Positions 1 through 9,154 of a stretch of DNA of 36,595 nucleotides are shown here, piece by piece. Origin of the DNA: Verrucomicrobiota bacterium (GTDB lineage: Bacteria > Verrucomicrobiota > Verrucomicrobiia > Opitutales > Opitutaceae); the NCBI GenBank assembly GCA_039186805.1, contig JBCCZW010000001.1, forward strand, positions 1-36,595. The letters run 5' to 3'. Below the pieces are notes generated by a model. It searched no databases. It saw only the letters and a program-made list of their open reading frames with translations, and was not told the origin of the DNA. Every line of letters begins with the position of its first letter. Position 1 is the stretch's first letter. The position numbers and the translations under genes are program-made.

Positions 1-1479
1 ACGCAACGCAAAAACGCGCTGATCGCTACAAAATACCCCTTATCCCTAGGGTCGCTCGAAAGCAACATACCACGATTCGCAAGACAGCCATTCAAATGCC
101 CAATCGATCAAGCAATGTTCAAAGAGCCGTACTAATCACTCACGGGTCTTTCTTGAAGCGAAGCCTTTAAACGCAGGCACTGTTCGCACGATGTATCTAA
201 ACTCTGAATACTCTTTCCATTTCAATCATTCGGCTGGAAAAGAGCATTTAGACCGTTCAGCGATTGAGTGCTCAAATCAATCAGACGAGGATCAATGCTA
301 AGCAAAAACGGAAAAGGTCTTTATCAAAGACGTAGTTGAGACGCTTTCGAATTACGCTTCGAACAACTGAAGATCTCGACCGCATCGCCAAGTTTCATCT
401 ACCGCCTTTCAAAATACCGGAGAATGCCGCGAAGCGGGCGACCTCCGTCCCAAAGTCGACTAATGGCGGCTTCGGCTTCTCAATAGCTTGAGAAGCACAA
501 GCATCTCGCAAAACAGCGAGCCTTTGCGGAAGTCCTTCTCGTTCTCCAGCATCCTGTCCAAGTAGGATCGCCGGAAGCCGAACAACGGCGTCTTCCATCC
601 CGAGTTCCTAGCCCACTCCTTGGTTTCCAGCCAAATCTTCACCTTAAGGCTGCCTTCGGATCGAGACACCCTGGCCACCTGCAGCGCCCCAGGCTGATCT
701 AGAATCATGGTGTAATCTTTAGAGTTCATTCCAACGGACGCGGCAGCAAAAAACGGGCCAATATCCAGACGGCCAGCGCTCACAGCGAACAACCGCTAGA
801 TTCCAATCAATCCGAGCAATTTCGAGCGCATCTACCTAAGCGTGAAGGCAAATGGCATTTGTTTTAGCTCCGAAAGAATCTATTCATATCCAAAAGAGAA
901 CCTGGGCATAGGGGCCCCAATCAACTCATCCAGATTACCGAGCTCCCAAACTCGAAAGCCGAGCGTAATCGCTTACGGCTGCTCTCTAGCAATATTAGAC
1001 GATAAAATTGTCGATCGTGCGAATCGAGTTTCCCGTATAGAAAGAAGGCTATCCACATTTGTCCGGTGCTTGGGCGGTCTTGTCAGCATCATCTTACATC
1101 AAGCACCCACTGCGTCCGCGAAGCCTATCACATCCAAGAAATCGTAATAGAAAATGTTGTGCCGACCTCTAAAAAGCGAACAGTTTACGTCCTCTGTTAT
1201 TCGATACGTGATTGGCTTTGTTGTTCTCTATGTTTTTTCGTAGGGATGATTGGAAGGGAGTCGAGCAGTTCGGGGAGCGGCGAACCTCCCAAATTTTCTG
1301 CTGCTGGCTCATGCATATGGCGGTACGCATGCCGCGAGTGCTGTAGAAGCCTTCGATATACGAGCAGGGTACGAACCGCGGCTTTCAGATTGACCATTCG
1401 CAGATAAACGAAAGCAAGACTGACACAAACAGCGATTGAACCTGAAGCTGGCAAAATCAATAAGCGCCCGCGTTCTTTG

Positions 1480-1833
1480 CTAAGACATCAAATCTGGAAC
1501 ACTCTTCTCCAAATACGCCCTGATCGTTTTCTTCAGCTCTGTTGGGAGCGATGCCCCACTTACGATCAAACACGCAAGCAAGCGTCCGCCAGAGACACTC
1601 ATAAGTGAGTCTATCGCTGCCCGATCTCCCTCCTCGATCACGTAAGCATCTACATTATCAATACCTTGTAAAACCCGATCTTCAGGTTCGACGAAGCGAG
1701 CCCGCGAGTGGAGATGGGGCATGCGAAGCATGAGTCCGAGGAACTTCAAACGCAGTGAGAACCAATCCTTCCACCTCAAAGCCGCCCTACAGTTCAGATA
1801 ATCGACCCCGGCTAGGTTTCCATCACAGCGCAC
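1480..1833 (-). CDS. hypothetical protein, no recognisable family; the true start may be the internal Met (MLRMPHLH...)
   Basis: 117-aa ORF in the low-coding left flank. The sequence is non-repetitive but I recognised no motif. Confidence 0.2.
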   Translation of the reverse strand: MRCDGNLAGVDYLNCRAALRWKDWFSLRLKFLGLMLRMPHLHSRARFVEPEDRVLQGIDNVDAYVIEEGDRAAIDSLMSVSGGRLLACLIVSGASLPTELKKTIRAYLEKSVPDLMS

Positions 1834-1905
1834 ATAATCAACTGAAGTTCAGTAAAAGAACGATTTGCGTGCATCATATAAAACCTACTAACTCCGCCGC
1901 ACACT

Positions 1906-2574
1906 ATGAGAACGCTCGTTATCGGAGATATTCACGGCTGCTTAGCCCCCCTTCAACTACTTTGGAAAACGCTCGATCCGCAAATAGACGACCGCGTCAT
2001 TTTCGTCGGCGACTACGTCGACCGCGGACCCGATTCCAAAGGCGTGATCGATTTCCTTATCGGGCTGCAAGCCCAGGGTTTCAACATCACCTTCCTCTCC
2101 GGAAACCACGAAGAGAAGTTCTTTCTCTCGCGAATGGACCTTACTGATCGAGCCCACTGGCTGGAGGTTTGGGGCGGTCCAGAAACTTTGGAATCCTACG
2201 GTCCGAACGGATTTGACGACGTGCCCGAGGCGCATTGGGAATTTCTCAGAAAGTGCCAAAGCTATCTTGAAACCGACACGCATATCTACGTCCATGCCAA
2301 CCTAGAGCATGACGTTCCCCTCGAGAAGCAGCTCCCCTTCACTCTCATCCACAAGAAATTCGGGACGCCCTTACCTCATATGTCCGGTAAGATCATGATC
2401 TGCGGACATACCGCGCAAAAGTCGCACGTCCCCCTCAACCTCGGCCACGCGATCTGCATCGACACCGACCCTGGCAGAGGCGGTTGGCTGACTGGCCTCC
2501 ACGTTGAAACCGGCAAGTATCTCCAGACGAATTTCGACGGCGAAACGCGTAGCGGCGGGCTCACTCAGAGCTAA
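1906..2574 (+). CDS. metallophosphoesterase (Ser/Thr phosphatase / ApaH-like family)
   Basis: Canonical ordered motifs GDIHG (VIGDIHGC), GDYVDRG and GNHE in the first ~70 aa. ATG start, 222 aa. Confidence 0.85.
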   Translation: MRTLVIGDIHGCLAPLQLLWKTLDPQIDDRVIFVGDYVDRGPDSKGVIDFLIGLQAQGFNITFLSGNHEEKFFLSRMDLTDRAHWLEVWGGPETLESYGPNGFDDVPEAHWEFLRKCQSYLETDTHIYVHANLEHDVPLEKQLPFTLIHKKFGTPLPHMSGKIMICGHTAQKSHVPLNLGHAICIDTDPGRGGWLTGLHVETGKYLQTNFDGETRSGGLTQS

Positions 2575-2620
2575 AACTGCAGCTCACGGTCGTATCCGCT
2601 AGCTCCTTACGATAGAGCCT

Positions 2621-3844
2621 TCAACGCTCGCCTTCGTTGAAAATCGCGTAGGTTCCGCTTTTGCCGGCTACCGCGATATCCAAGCGTCCGTCTCCATTCA
2701 AATCGGCGGTATTAATCTGGAGCCCCGTACCTGCGCTTCCTTTCAATATCGTCTTACGTTCGAAGCTTAATTTGTCCTTGTCCCAGTTATAGTAATACAA
2801 GACCGGCTCTTCGTTGCCCCCGGGATCCTTGCCGTTGTGAGCGTAAACCCGCTTTCCGGTGATCAGCTCATCCTCGCCATCGCCATCGATGTCCGCCCAA
2901 TGGAGAACGTGAGGCTGAGAGAAACTATCGTCGATCAAATGCTCCTCCCACTGCAGCGTGCCATCCTCAGCCGGCTCCAGCTGCTCCCGCCAATACAATC
3001 CATAGTCATGACCGAGACCATAGATAAAATCGTTACGGCCATCGCCATTCATGTCCCTCACCAGCATCGGAACCGAAGCGTGCAAAGACCAATCCTCATG
3101 CAGCTTCCAAGGTCCCGCATCCACGCCTTCCTTCGGTTGCTCAAACCATCCTGATCGGAAAAGGATATCCGCCCTTCCATCCCCGTTCAGATCGCCAACG
3201 CCCAGTCCGTGACCGTTCTTCTTTAAACCGATCGTAATCTTGCTCAAACTCGGCACTTCCTTCAGTTCCTTTTTCATTCGCGGACCCTGCTGCACCACCA
3301 CCTCTCGCTCCTCAGTCGTAAACCTCCAGGCAAGAAAATCGTTTTCCTTGTAGTAAGAGTTAACGATCAATTCCGGGATTCCATCTCCATCTAAATCTCG
3401 CATTAACTCTGCTTCGTTGCGGGCCGCCCCCGTATCCTTCAGCAAGCGTTTCTCCCAAAGCAATCCGCGATCCAAAGTCTCGTCTCCAGGATTTCGATAC
3501 CAATGAACCTCCGACGTGAAGAAAGACATTGAGATCACATCGACCCAGCCATCGGCATCTACGTCATAAGGAAAATCTCCGTTGGAATGAACATAGCCTC
3601 TATTATCCTCGATGGCCCTCAAAGCCCTTGGCAGGTAATCCGGCCCTGCGTACCAATTCCGTCCTGCCACAATATCCAAAATCCCATCTCGATTTACATC
3701 GAAAATCGCCGAGCCTTCGTTGGCATCAATCGCTAAAAGCTTCGCGGAAAACCTAAGATCCGGCTCTCCTCCTTCGAGGGTCGATGAAAAGCTGATAGAG
3801 AGTAAACAAACGAATGAAATAGAAAACGGGATATTCATAAGCAA
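2621..3844 (-). CDS. secreted FG-GAP/VCBS-repeat beta-propeller protein
   Basis: Hydrophobic signal-like N-terminus (MLMNIPFSISFVCLLSISFS). Seven spaced D-x-[DN]-x-D-G-x-x-D repeats: DVNRDGILDIV, DVDADGWVDVI, DLDGDGIPELI, DLNGDGRADIL, DMNGDGRNDFI, DIDGDGEDELI, DLNGDGRLDIA. Confidence 0.8.
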   Translation of the reverse strand: MLMNIPFSISFVCLLSISFSSTLEGGEPDLRFSAKLLAIDANEGSAIFDVNRDGILDIVAGRNWYAGPDYLPRALRAIEDNRGYVHSNGDFPYDVDADGWVDVISMSFFTSEVHWYRNPGDETLDRGLLWEKRLLKDTGAARNEAELMRDLDGDGIPELIVNSYYKENDFLAWRFTTEEREVVVQQGPRMKKELKEVPSLSKITIGLKKNGHGLGVGDLNGDGRADILFRSGWFEQPKEGVDAGPWKLHEDWSLHASVPMLVRDMNGDGRNDFIYGLGHDYGLYWREQLEPAEDGTLQWEEHLIDDSFSQPHVLHWADIDGDGEDELITGKRVYAHNGKDPGGNEEPVLYYYNWDKDKLSFERKTILKGSAGTGLQINTADLNGDGRLDIAVAGKSGTYAIFNEGER

Positions 3845-4155
3845 GGGGTACGCTTACTAACTATTTCATGAATTTCGGCGAGATCCCTTTAAAATCCAAT
3901 TTTCACTTCAGTAGCCAAATCATCGACCCCGACCTTTCTGCGCCGCGGCCCCCTGCCCCTAAACGCATAATTTCACCCGCGCTTTCGTGAAATGGAAGGC
4001 TCGACCGCCGCACGAGGCCCATAAGCAACCCAAGCAAACGGACTGCTCCAGGCGAACCCGAACCTTGCACCCTTCTTCTTCTTAAACGAAAGCCTCGCGA
4101 TTGAGCCGAAACCCAACCCCAGCAGGCCAAAGCGAAATAAGAAGCTTACCTATCG

Positions 4156-5796
4156 CTAGGAATATTTATTCACCATGTATTCACCGATCCAATACCCCAC
4201 TGCCAAAATAGTCAGTGAAGGATTGAAACCCGCATTGGTCGGGAAGGTGCTGCCGTCGGCAACGAAGAGATTGTCGATATCGTGAACTTGTCCGTAGCGA
4301 TTCGTCACCGAGATACTCGGATCATCGCCCATGCGACAAGTGCCCACTTGATGCACGCCACTGCCCTGGCCTCTACCGCCCACATTCTGCCAAGTAGTGG
4401 TCGCTCCAGCTTCCTTCAGAATCTCTTCCGCCTTCTCGGCGAGGAATTTGCAATGCTTCCGGTCTAAGGGATGACGGGACCCGGACAGGCCAACCACCGG
4501 ACTTCCCCAAAAGTCCTTTTTTCCTTCATAGGCGATGACTCGCGAATGGAAATTTGGCATCTCTTGAATCGGTCCCAGCACCTGAGCGAACTTTCGGAAA
4601 TTCTCTCTCTGAAATTTCTTGTGCTCCAATCCCCATCGAGCTGCCTTGGGCGGTCTCATTTTCGAGAACTGATAAGGGAGCTTATAAAACTCATTCGCGA
4701 GCAATCCGCCCCCGATAATCCCTGGATTGTGGTGGTTGTAATCGCAGATCGCCAGGGTCGCGCCCGGCCCTGAAAAACGATGCACTTCATCTGGGAAGAA
4801 GCCATTCGCCCCCGTGTAAGCATGTCCCTGTAGATTCCGTCCTACCCAATCGTTATTGTTGCCAGCTCCGTCCGGAAACTTCTTGGACTTCGAGTTCAAC
4901 AAGAGACGAGCGGTCTCAGTCGCCGACGAAGCCACCACAACGATATCCGCCGTCTGGATACGCTCTACATTCTCCGCATCAAAGTACCTAACGCCGCGCG
5001 CATGCCCATCATCATCTACCATCACCTCAACGACCTGGCATCCGACTCTCAAGTCGCAGTTTCCAGATGCGATCGCTTTAGGAATCACCGTATTGTGCGT
5101 CCCATTCTTGGCGCTCACCGGGCAGGCATAACCCGCGCAAGTGCGATTGCGAATGCAGCCCGGTCGCCCATTATAGGGCACAGAATTCCTCGCCATTGGG
5201 ATTGAAAAAGGATTGAGACCCAAGCGCTTGCACGCTTCCGCCAAGACTTTACCGTCATCATTCTGCTCAAATGCCGGCATCGGGTAGCCCTTCCTGCGCG
5301 GAGGCGAAAAAGGATTCTCATCGCCATCGCCCGACACCCCAATCTCCCATTCGGCCTTTTCGTAATAGGGCTCTAGATCATCATAGGAGATCGGCCAATC
5401 CGCTAAGGTCGAACCTTCCACCTTGCCGTAGGTCGATTCCATTTTGAAATCTTCCTCCATAAAACGCCATGCCATTGCTCCGTAGCTCACCGTGCCCGAA
5501 CCTACGCAAGACGCGATATGAGAACTGTAACCATTCATTGGATACGACTTCATATCAGCTCCCTCGCCTTCGATTCGCACGCGAGGGTTTTTTTCTAAAT
5601 CCGGACCCATCGACCGTTTCATCGGTCCCCGCATTGAAGTCATTTCGTCATTAGAACCGACTCCATACCGCACCCATCGGCCGCGTTCCAGCAAAGCCAC
5701 TTGAAATCCGTTTGTCGCCAGTTCCTTGGCCACGACGCCCCCACCGGCGCCGGCGCCGACAACAACGACATCCACATGTTTATCCTTAGCACTCAT
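4156..5796 (-). CDS. GMC-family FAD-dependent oxidoreductase, large catalytic subunit (gluconate 2-dehydrogenase / glycoside dehydrogenase-like)
   Basis: N-terminal FAD Rossmann motif VDVVVVGAGAGGGVVAKELATNGFQVALLERG. C-terminal GMC-like blocks HQVGTCRMG and NLFVADGSTFPT. 546 aa with no signal peptide. Confidence 0.85.
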   Translation of the reverse strand: MSAKDKHVDVVVVGAGAGGGVVAKELATNGFQVALLERGRWVRYGVGSNDEMTSMRGPMKRSMGPDLEKNPRVRIEGEGADMKSYPMNGYSSHIASCVGSGTVSYGAMAWRFMEEDFKMESTYGKVEGSTLADWPISYDDLEPYYEKAEWEIGVSGDGDENPFSPPRRKGYPMPAFEQNDDGKVLAEACKRLGLNPFSIPMARNSVPYNGRPGCIRNRTCAGYACPVSAKNGTHNTVIPKAIASGNCDLRVGCQVVEVMVDDDGHARGVRYFDAENVERIQTADIVVVASSATETARLLLNSKSKKFPDGAGNNNDWVGRNLQGHAYTGANGFFPDEVHRFSGPGATLAICDYNHHNPGIIGGGLLANEFYKLPYQFSKMRPPKAARWGLEHKKFQRENFRKFAQVLGPIQEMPNFHSRVIAYEGKKDFWGSPVVGLSGSRHPLDRKHCKFLAEKAEEILKEAGATTTWQNVGGRGQGSGVHQVGTCRMGDDPSISVTNRYGQVHDIDNLFVADGSTFPTNAGFNPSLTILAVGYWIGEYMVNKYS

Positions 5797-5827
5797 GTAT
5801 TCAAAATTTGGTTTAGCTACGCCTATC

Positions 5828-6340
5828 CTAGATCTTCATCATAAAATGGCTGAGGTAATCCTTATTTCCTCCATGCCGCGGATCTCCATAGTAGGCCTGC
5901 ATCGTATGGTCTAAAAGCGTTCTAAAAAAGCGGCGTTGCATTGCTGAAGTCCAACTGGCGTGCGCCACCTCGCCTCCTTCAAGGGTCTTCAAATAGCTCA
6001 ACTGATCCACCTGTTTCAATGCGGCGAACCGTAGCCCAAGCTGCTCCTCGCAAGACGTATTCAAAACAGAAAGCTCCGCTCGATAATAGTCTAACTGGTC
6101 GGGATAGTGACCACGTGGTCCCAGTTGCTTATCGAAAAAATAGACCACCCCGGCATCCGTCGCTCCCCCAAACTCGTCTTCGGGAATCAGCTGCTCGCAC
6201 AAAGCGATAATCGTCTCAGCCTCCAAATCAGTTAAAACCTGATAGGGCCCTAGAGAGGGCCTCACCTGTCCCAACAAAAACGGCGCTCCCGCAAGAGACA
6301 CGGAAAAGGCCTTTAGAAAGTTCCTTCGATCAGTCGTCAT
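5828..6340 (-). CDS. gluconate 2-dehydrogenase subunit 3-family small subunit with a twin-arginine leader
   Basis: 170 aa. Tat motif MTTDRRNFLKAFSVSLAGAPFLL. It sits 31 nt upstream of the GMC gene on the same strand, the typical two-gene arrangement. Confidence 0.75.
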   Translation of the reverse strand: MTTDRRNFLKAFSVSLAGAPFLLGQVRPSLGPYQVLTDLEAETIIALCEQLIPEDEFGGATDAGVVYFFDKQLGPRGHYPDQLDYYRAELSVLNTSCEEQLGLRFAALKQVDQLSYLKTLEGGEVAHASWTSAMQRRFFRTLLDHTMQAYYGDPRHGGNKDYLSHFMMKI

Positions 6341-6732
6341 AAATTAATTTATTAATGTCTCCAGGCGAGGTGGCATTACGCCGAAAAACCCGGCAAGTAT
6401 GCCCGAATCGAGTCGACCCAACAATGACATGATGATGCTAATCACATCAGCCTACGAAACAAAGTCCTCGCTCCCAGCTGATCCTATTCGCGGGGGGCAT
6501 TTTCTTCGAGTTTTCGCCTGGGGTCTACGGCAAACGCCCATAGTCTCTCAATTCTAAGAGTGAGAACCTCCTCATCAACACCGTATCCCGCTGAGCCCCT
6601 GATGGATCTTGACTGAACAAAAGAAGTTCTTCCTGAGCACACCCTCGTCGCCCGCCGAAGATGCTTTGCCCGCTCAACAATCCCGATTTCCCACGGTTCC
6701 TCGCTCAAAGCCAGTCGGATTCGCTTTCATCC

Positions 6733-7641
6733 TTACCCAATTCGCTCGCTCACGTCATCCACCGGAGTGTATCCCAAAAAACCTCTTACCTCTTCCAGAC
6801 TCCACTTCATACCAGAGTTCGCGCTCATCCCATTCACGATCACCGCTCTGCTGGGCCAACCATCGCAGTCAGCCTCCTGAGCCCGATCGAAGAGTCCCTG
6901 AAAGTCCCGCTGCGATAACCAAAAGCTCCGCATCCAAGTCAGGTCCCTCATCGCCTCCCTATCAGCGCTAAACTTGTTCATCCGCCCGGCGATCATCTCC
7001 GGAAAACCTTGCCCCGGCTTGCACGCTCCGATTCGAACGGAAACAAACGACAGTCTCTCGCTACCCGTCGCCGCGCAACTCTGACACAAACGCTCCCCCA
7101 TCAACTTCGTCCATGCATAAGTCGTCGAGTTCTGATTCGGTCCCGCCTCCCAAATAAGCGTACCCGGAGCCGGATCTAAAGACGTCGTCAGTCCGCCGAC
7201 CCCAATCGAATCCGCCAAAGGACTATCTTTATAGCCACCCATCACATGATTAGACGAGGCAAAGATAAAACGCTTCATCGAAGCGGACCGCAACGCAGCC
7301 GTCATCACATTCAAAGTAATATCCATGCTCTTCGAAGCCTGGATCGGAGTTTGGCTCGGAAACGGATTGACCGCAGCAAAGTGAATCAAACTCTCCGAGT
7401 CATCGATGCAAGCGGCCCAATCCTCTTCGTAGCCCGTCAGATCGGCCTTCAGAAAAACTACCTCGGGGCGACTTTCGTTCTCGCATCGCAATCTCTCGAT
7501 TAGCTCTTTCTGCTCTTCATCGGGCTCTCTCACATCAAGCGCATAGATCCGACTCCGACGACCCATCCGAGCCATATGGCTCAAGTAGTTGAAACCTAAA
7601 TACCCTAGGGCTCCCGTGATGCATGTCCGGTCGATTTCCAT
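6733..7641 (-). CDS. NAD(P)-dependent epimerase/dehydratase-family (extended SDR) protein
   Basis: N-terminal Rossmann motif ITGALGYLG and a YAWTK (YxxxK) catalytic motif. 302 aa. Confidence 0.7.
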   Translation of the reverse strand: MEIDRTCITGALGYLGFNYLSHMARMGRRSRIYALDVREPDEEQKELIERLRCENESRPEVVFLKADLTGYEEDWAACIDDSESLIHFAAVNPFPSQTPIQASKSMDITLNVMTAALRSASMKRFIFASSNHVMGGYKDSPLADSIGVGGLTTSLDPAPGTLIWEAGPNQNSTTYAWTKLMGERLCQSCAATGSERLSFVSVRIGACKPGQGFPEMIAGRMNKFSADREAMRDLTWMRSFWLSQRDFQGLFDRAQEADCDGWPSRAVIVNGMSANSGMKWSLEEVRGFLGYTPVDDVSERIG

Positions 7642-7737
7642 TAGAATGAGACCGTAGGAGAATATCCGCTCTCACACAATTCTGATTCGACTCTTTTTCC
7701 GAAGAGGGTGCCCAACTATTCCTTACTGATTAAATTT

Positions 7738-7764
7738 AGATGCGATCGTTGATCGCGTCTACAA
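7738..7764. repeat. REP-like palindromic intergenic element, copy 1
   Basis: Hairpin AGATGCGATC-GTT-GATCGCGTCT. The 14-mer GATCGCGTCTACAA (7751-7764) recurs exactly at 22082-22095. Confidence 0.45.
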
Positions 7765-7860
7765 TTTCAAAAGCGACTACCTATATATTCTGCAGCTCTT
7801 ATAGGAGACCCACTATGGGAAACATCCGCAGGTCAAGGGTAGATAAATTGGGTAAAGTAA

Positions 7861-7902
7861 GGTGCCCCTGAGCAAACAACTAGCAAAGTCCTCAGGGGCA
7901 CC
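7861..7902 (-). terminator. putative intrinsic terminator downstream of the MDR oxidoreductase gene
   Basis: Perfect 12-bp inverted repeat GGTGCCCCTGAG / CTCAGGGGCACC with an 18-nt loop, ~60 nt past the stop at 7965. On the transcribed (minus) strand it is followed by a T-rich stretch (TTACTTTACC). Confidence 0.45.
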
Positions 7903-7964
7903 CGCCGTAGTTTTTAGCCAACTACGACTTGCTACGTATGAAAATTAATAACGACAAAGCGCTC

Positions 7965-8978
7965 TCATAGCTTCCTCCAATCCCAGACTACGCCCCCGTA
8001 GCTTTCATCGCGATTCCTGAGAGCCTCGTAAACTTGGCTGCAATTCTCAGGCGATTCGACATGCGAGATCAGCGCGTCGACCTTCAGTTTACCGTTTCGC
8101 AGCAGATCCAGAAAGATGCGAATATTCCGCTCCAAGGAATGCTTCCCGGCATCGCTATCATAAATCGGATACCGCCATTCATGAGCGCCCTTCATCGTGA
8201 CGCAACCGCTCCCCCAGAGGTGGATCTGCCTCAAGATATCCGCCCCACCCTCTTTGAGATCCCCACGCGGAGTGCCCAAGAGAATCGTCTCCCCGTTTTT
8301 TCCGAGGAGCTTGTTCAAGGGAGCTATCAGACTGGGATTACCCGTCGCCTCGATAGCCGTTTCGCACATCCGGCCTTCAGTGATTTCCTCCACCTTCTGA
8401 AAAAGATCTTCCTTCAATGGATTGACCCTGTGCTCTATCCCGCATTCCGCAGCCATCTCAAGTCGAGCTTCAGACACATCAACGCCGATCACCCTGGCGC
8501 CGGACAAGGCGCAAAACTGCGCGGCGAGATTCCCGACCAGGCCCAAACCCTGCACAACCACCGTATCCCCAAGTTCGATACTGCTTACTCGGGGAGCCGT
8601 AAATGCGACCTGAGCTATTCGAGCCATCGCCAACTTCACCGGATCGATATCCTCGGGCAGTTTCACTATCAATTGCGAGCCGCTCGCCAACGCATGCGAT
8701 GCATGACTTGCATAACTAAAGACCAAATCCCCTTCTTCGCACTGGGTCACCTCGCTGCCTCGCGCGATCACGCGGCCCACATTGCCATAACCCGGAATCG
8801 CCGGATGAGGCGCCCAAGATTCGTTTCCACCTAAAACGGCCAGCTCAGTACCCGCACTGAGTACGCTCGTCACTGACTCCACCGCAATCTGCTTAGGCTG
8901 CAGTTCTTCAAGATCGATCTCCTGCTCTATAAGTTCAATCGTTTCGGGGCTTTTAAACTGGATCGCTCGTCGTCTCAT
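7965..8978 (-). CDS. medium-chain dehydrogenase/reductase (MDR) family oxidoreductase, apparently lacking the catalytic-zinc ligands
   Basis: NAD(P) site VVVQGLGLVGNLAAQFCALSGARVIGVD. The position of the Zn-ADH GHE signature reads GYG (IPGYGNVGRVIARGSEV). 337 aa. Confidence 0.75.
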   Translation of the reverse strand: MRRRAIQFKSPETIELIEQEIDLEELQPKQIAVESVTSVLSAGTELAVLGGNESWAPHPAIPGYGNVGRVIARGSEVTQCEEGDLVFSYASHASHALASGSQLIVKLPEDIDPVKLAMARIAQVAFTAPRVSSIELGDTVVVQGLGLVGNLAAQFCALSGARVIGVDVSEARLEMAAECGIEHRVNPLKEDLFQKVEEITEGRMCETAIEATGNPSLIAPLNKLLGKNGETILLGTPRGDLKEGGADILRQIHLWGSGCVTMKGAHEWRYPIYDSDAGKHSLERNIRIFLDLLRNGKLKVDALISHVESPENCSQVYEALRNRDESYGGVVWDWRKL

Positions 8979-9154
8979 CAGGAAGGCTAATTTTGCCTGA
9001 CGAACCCCTCCTCCGCAATGACACGAACATGCTACTAGGAATCATCCCAAAACCTTAAACGTCGCCGCAGAAACCCGCAGTCGCCCGCTTCTGAGGAGTT
9101 TATGCCCAAACCCGTCTTGAAAGACCAACCCCCAATCTAAGGGCGTACTCGTTG

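Noticed and set aside
3903-4130. 75-aa minus-strand ORF in the 311-bp gap between the GMC and FG-GAP genes; I also checked the gap for a riboswitch or tRNA-like structure
   Set aside because: The product is Arg/Gly-rich low-complexity sequence. I found no conserved riboswitch core or tRNA cloverleaf (a GGTTCGGGTTCG stretch lacks matching T-stem pairing). The gap is most simply a promoter/UTR region.
6484-6708. 74-aa minus-strand ORF 25 nt downstream of the SDR gene
   Set aside because: It has no recognisable family and is Arg-rich. It could be a real small gene, but I cannot support that from the sequence alone.
8034-8834. 266-aa plus-strand ORF
   Set aside because: It lies entirely antisense to the MDR oxidoreductase gene. 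The product is Arg/Pro/Ser-rich with no motifs, a typical shadow ORF in GC3-biased coding DNA.
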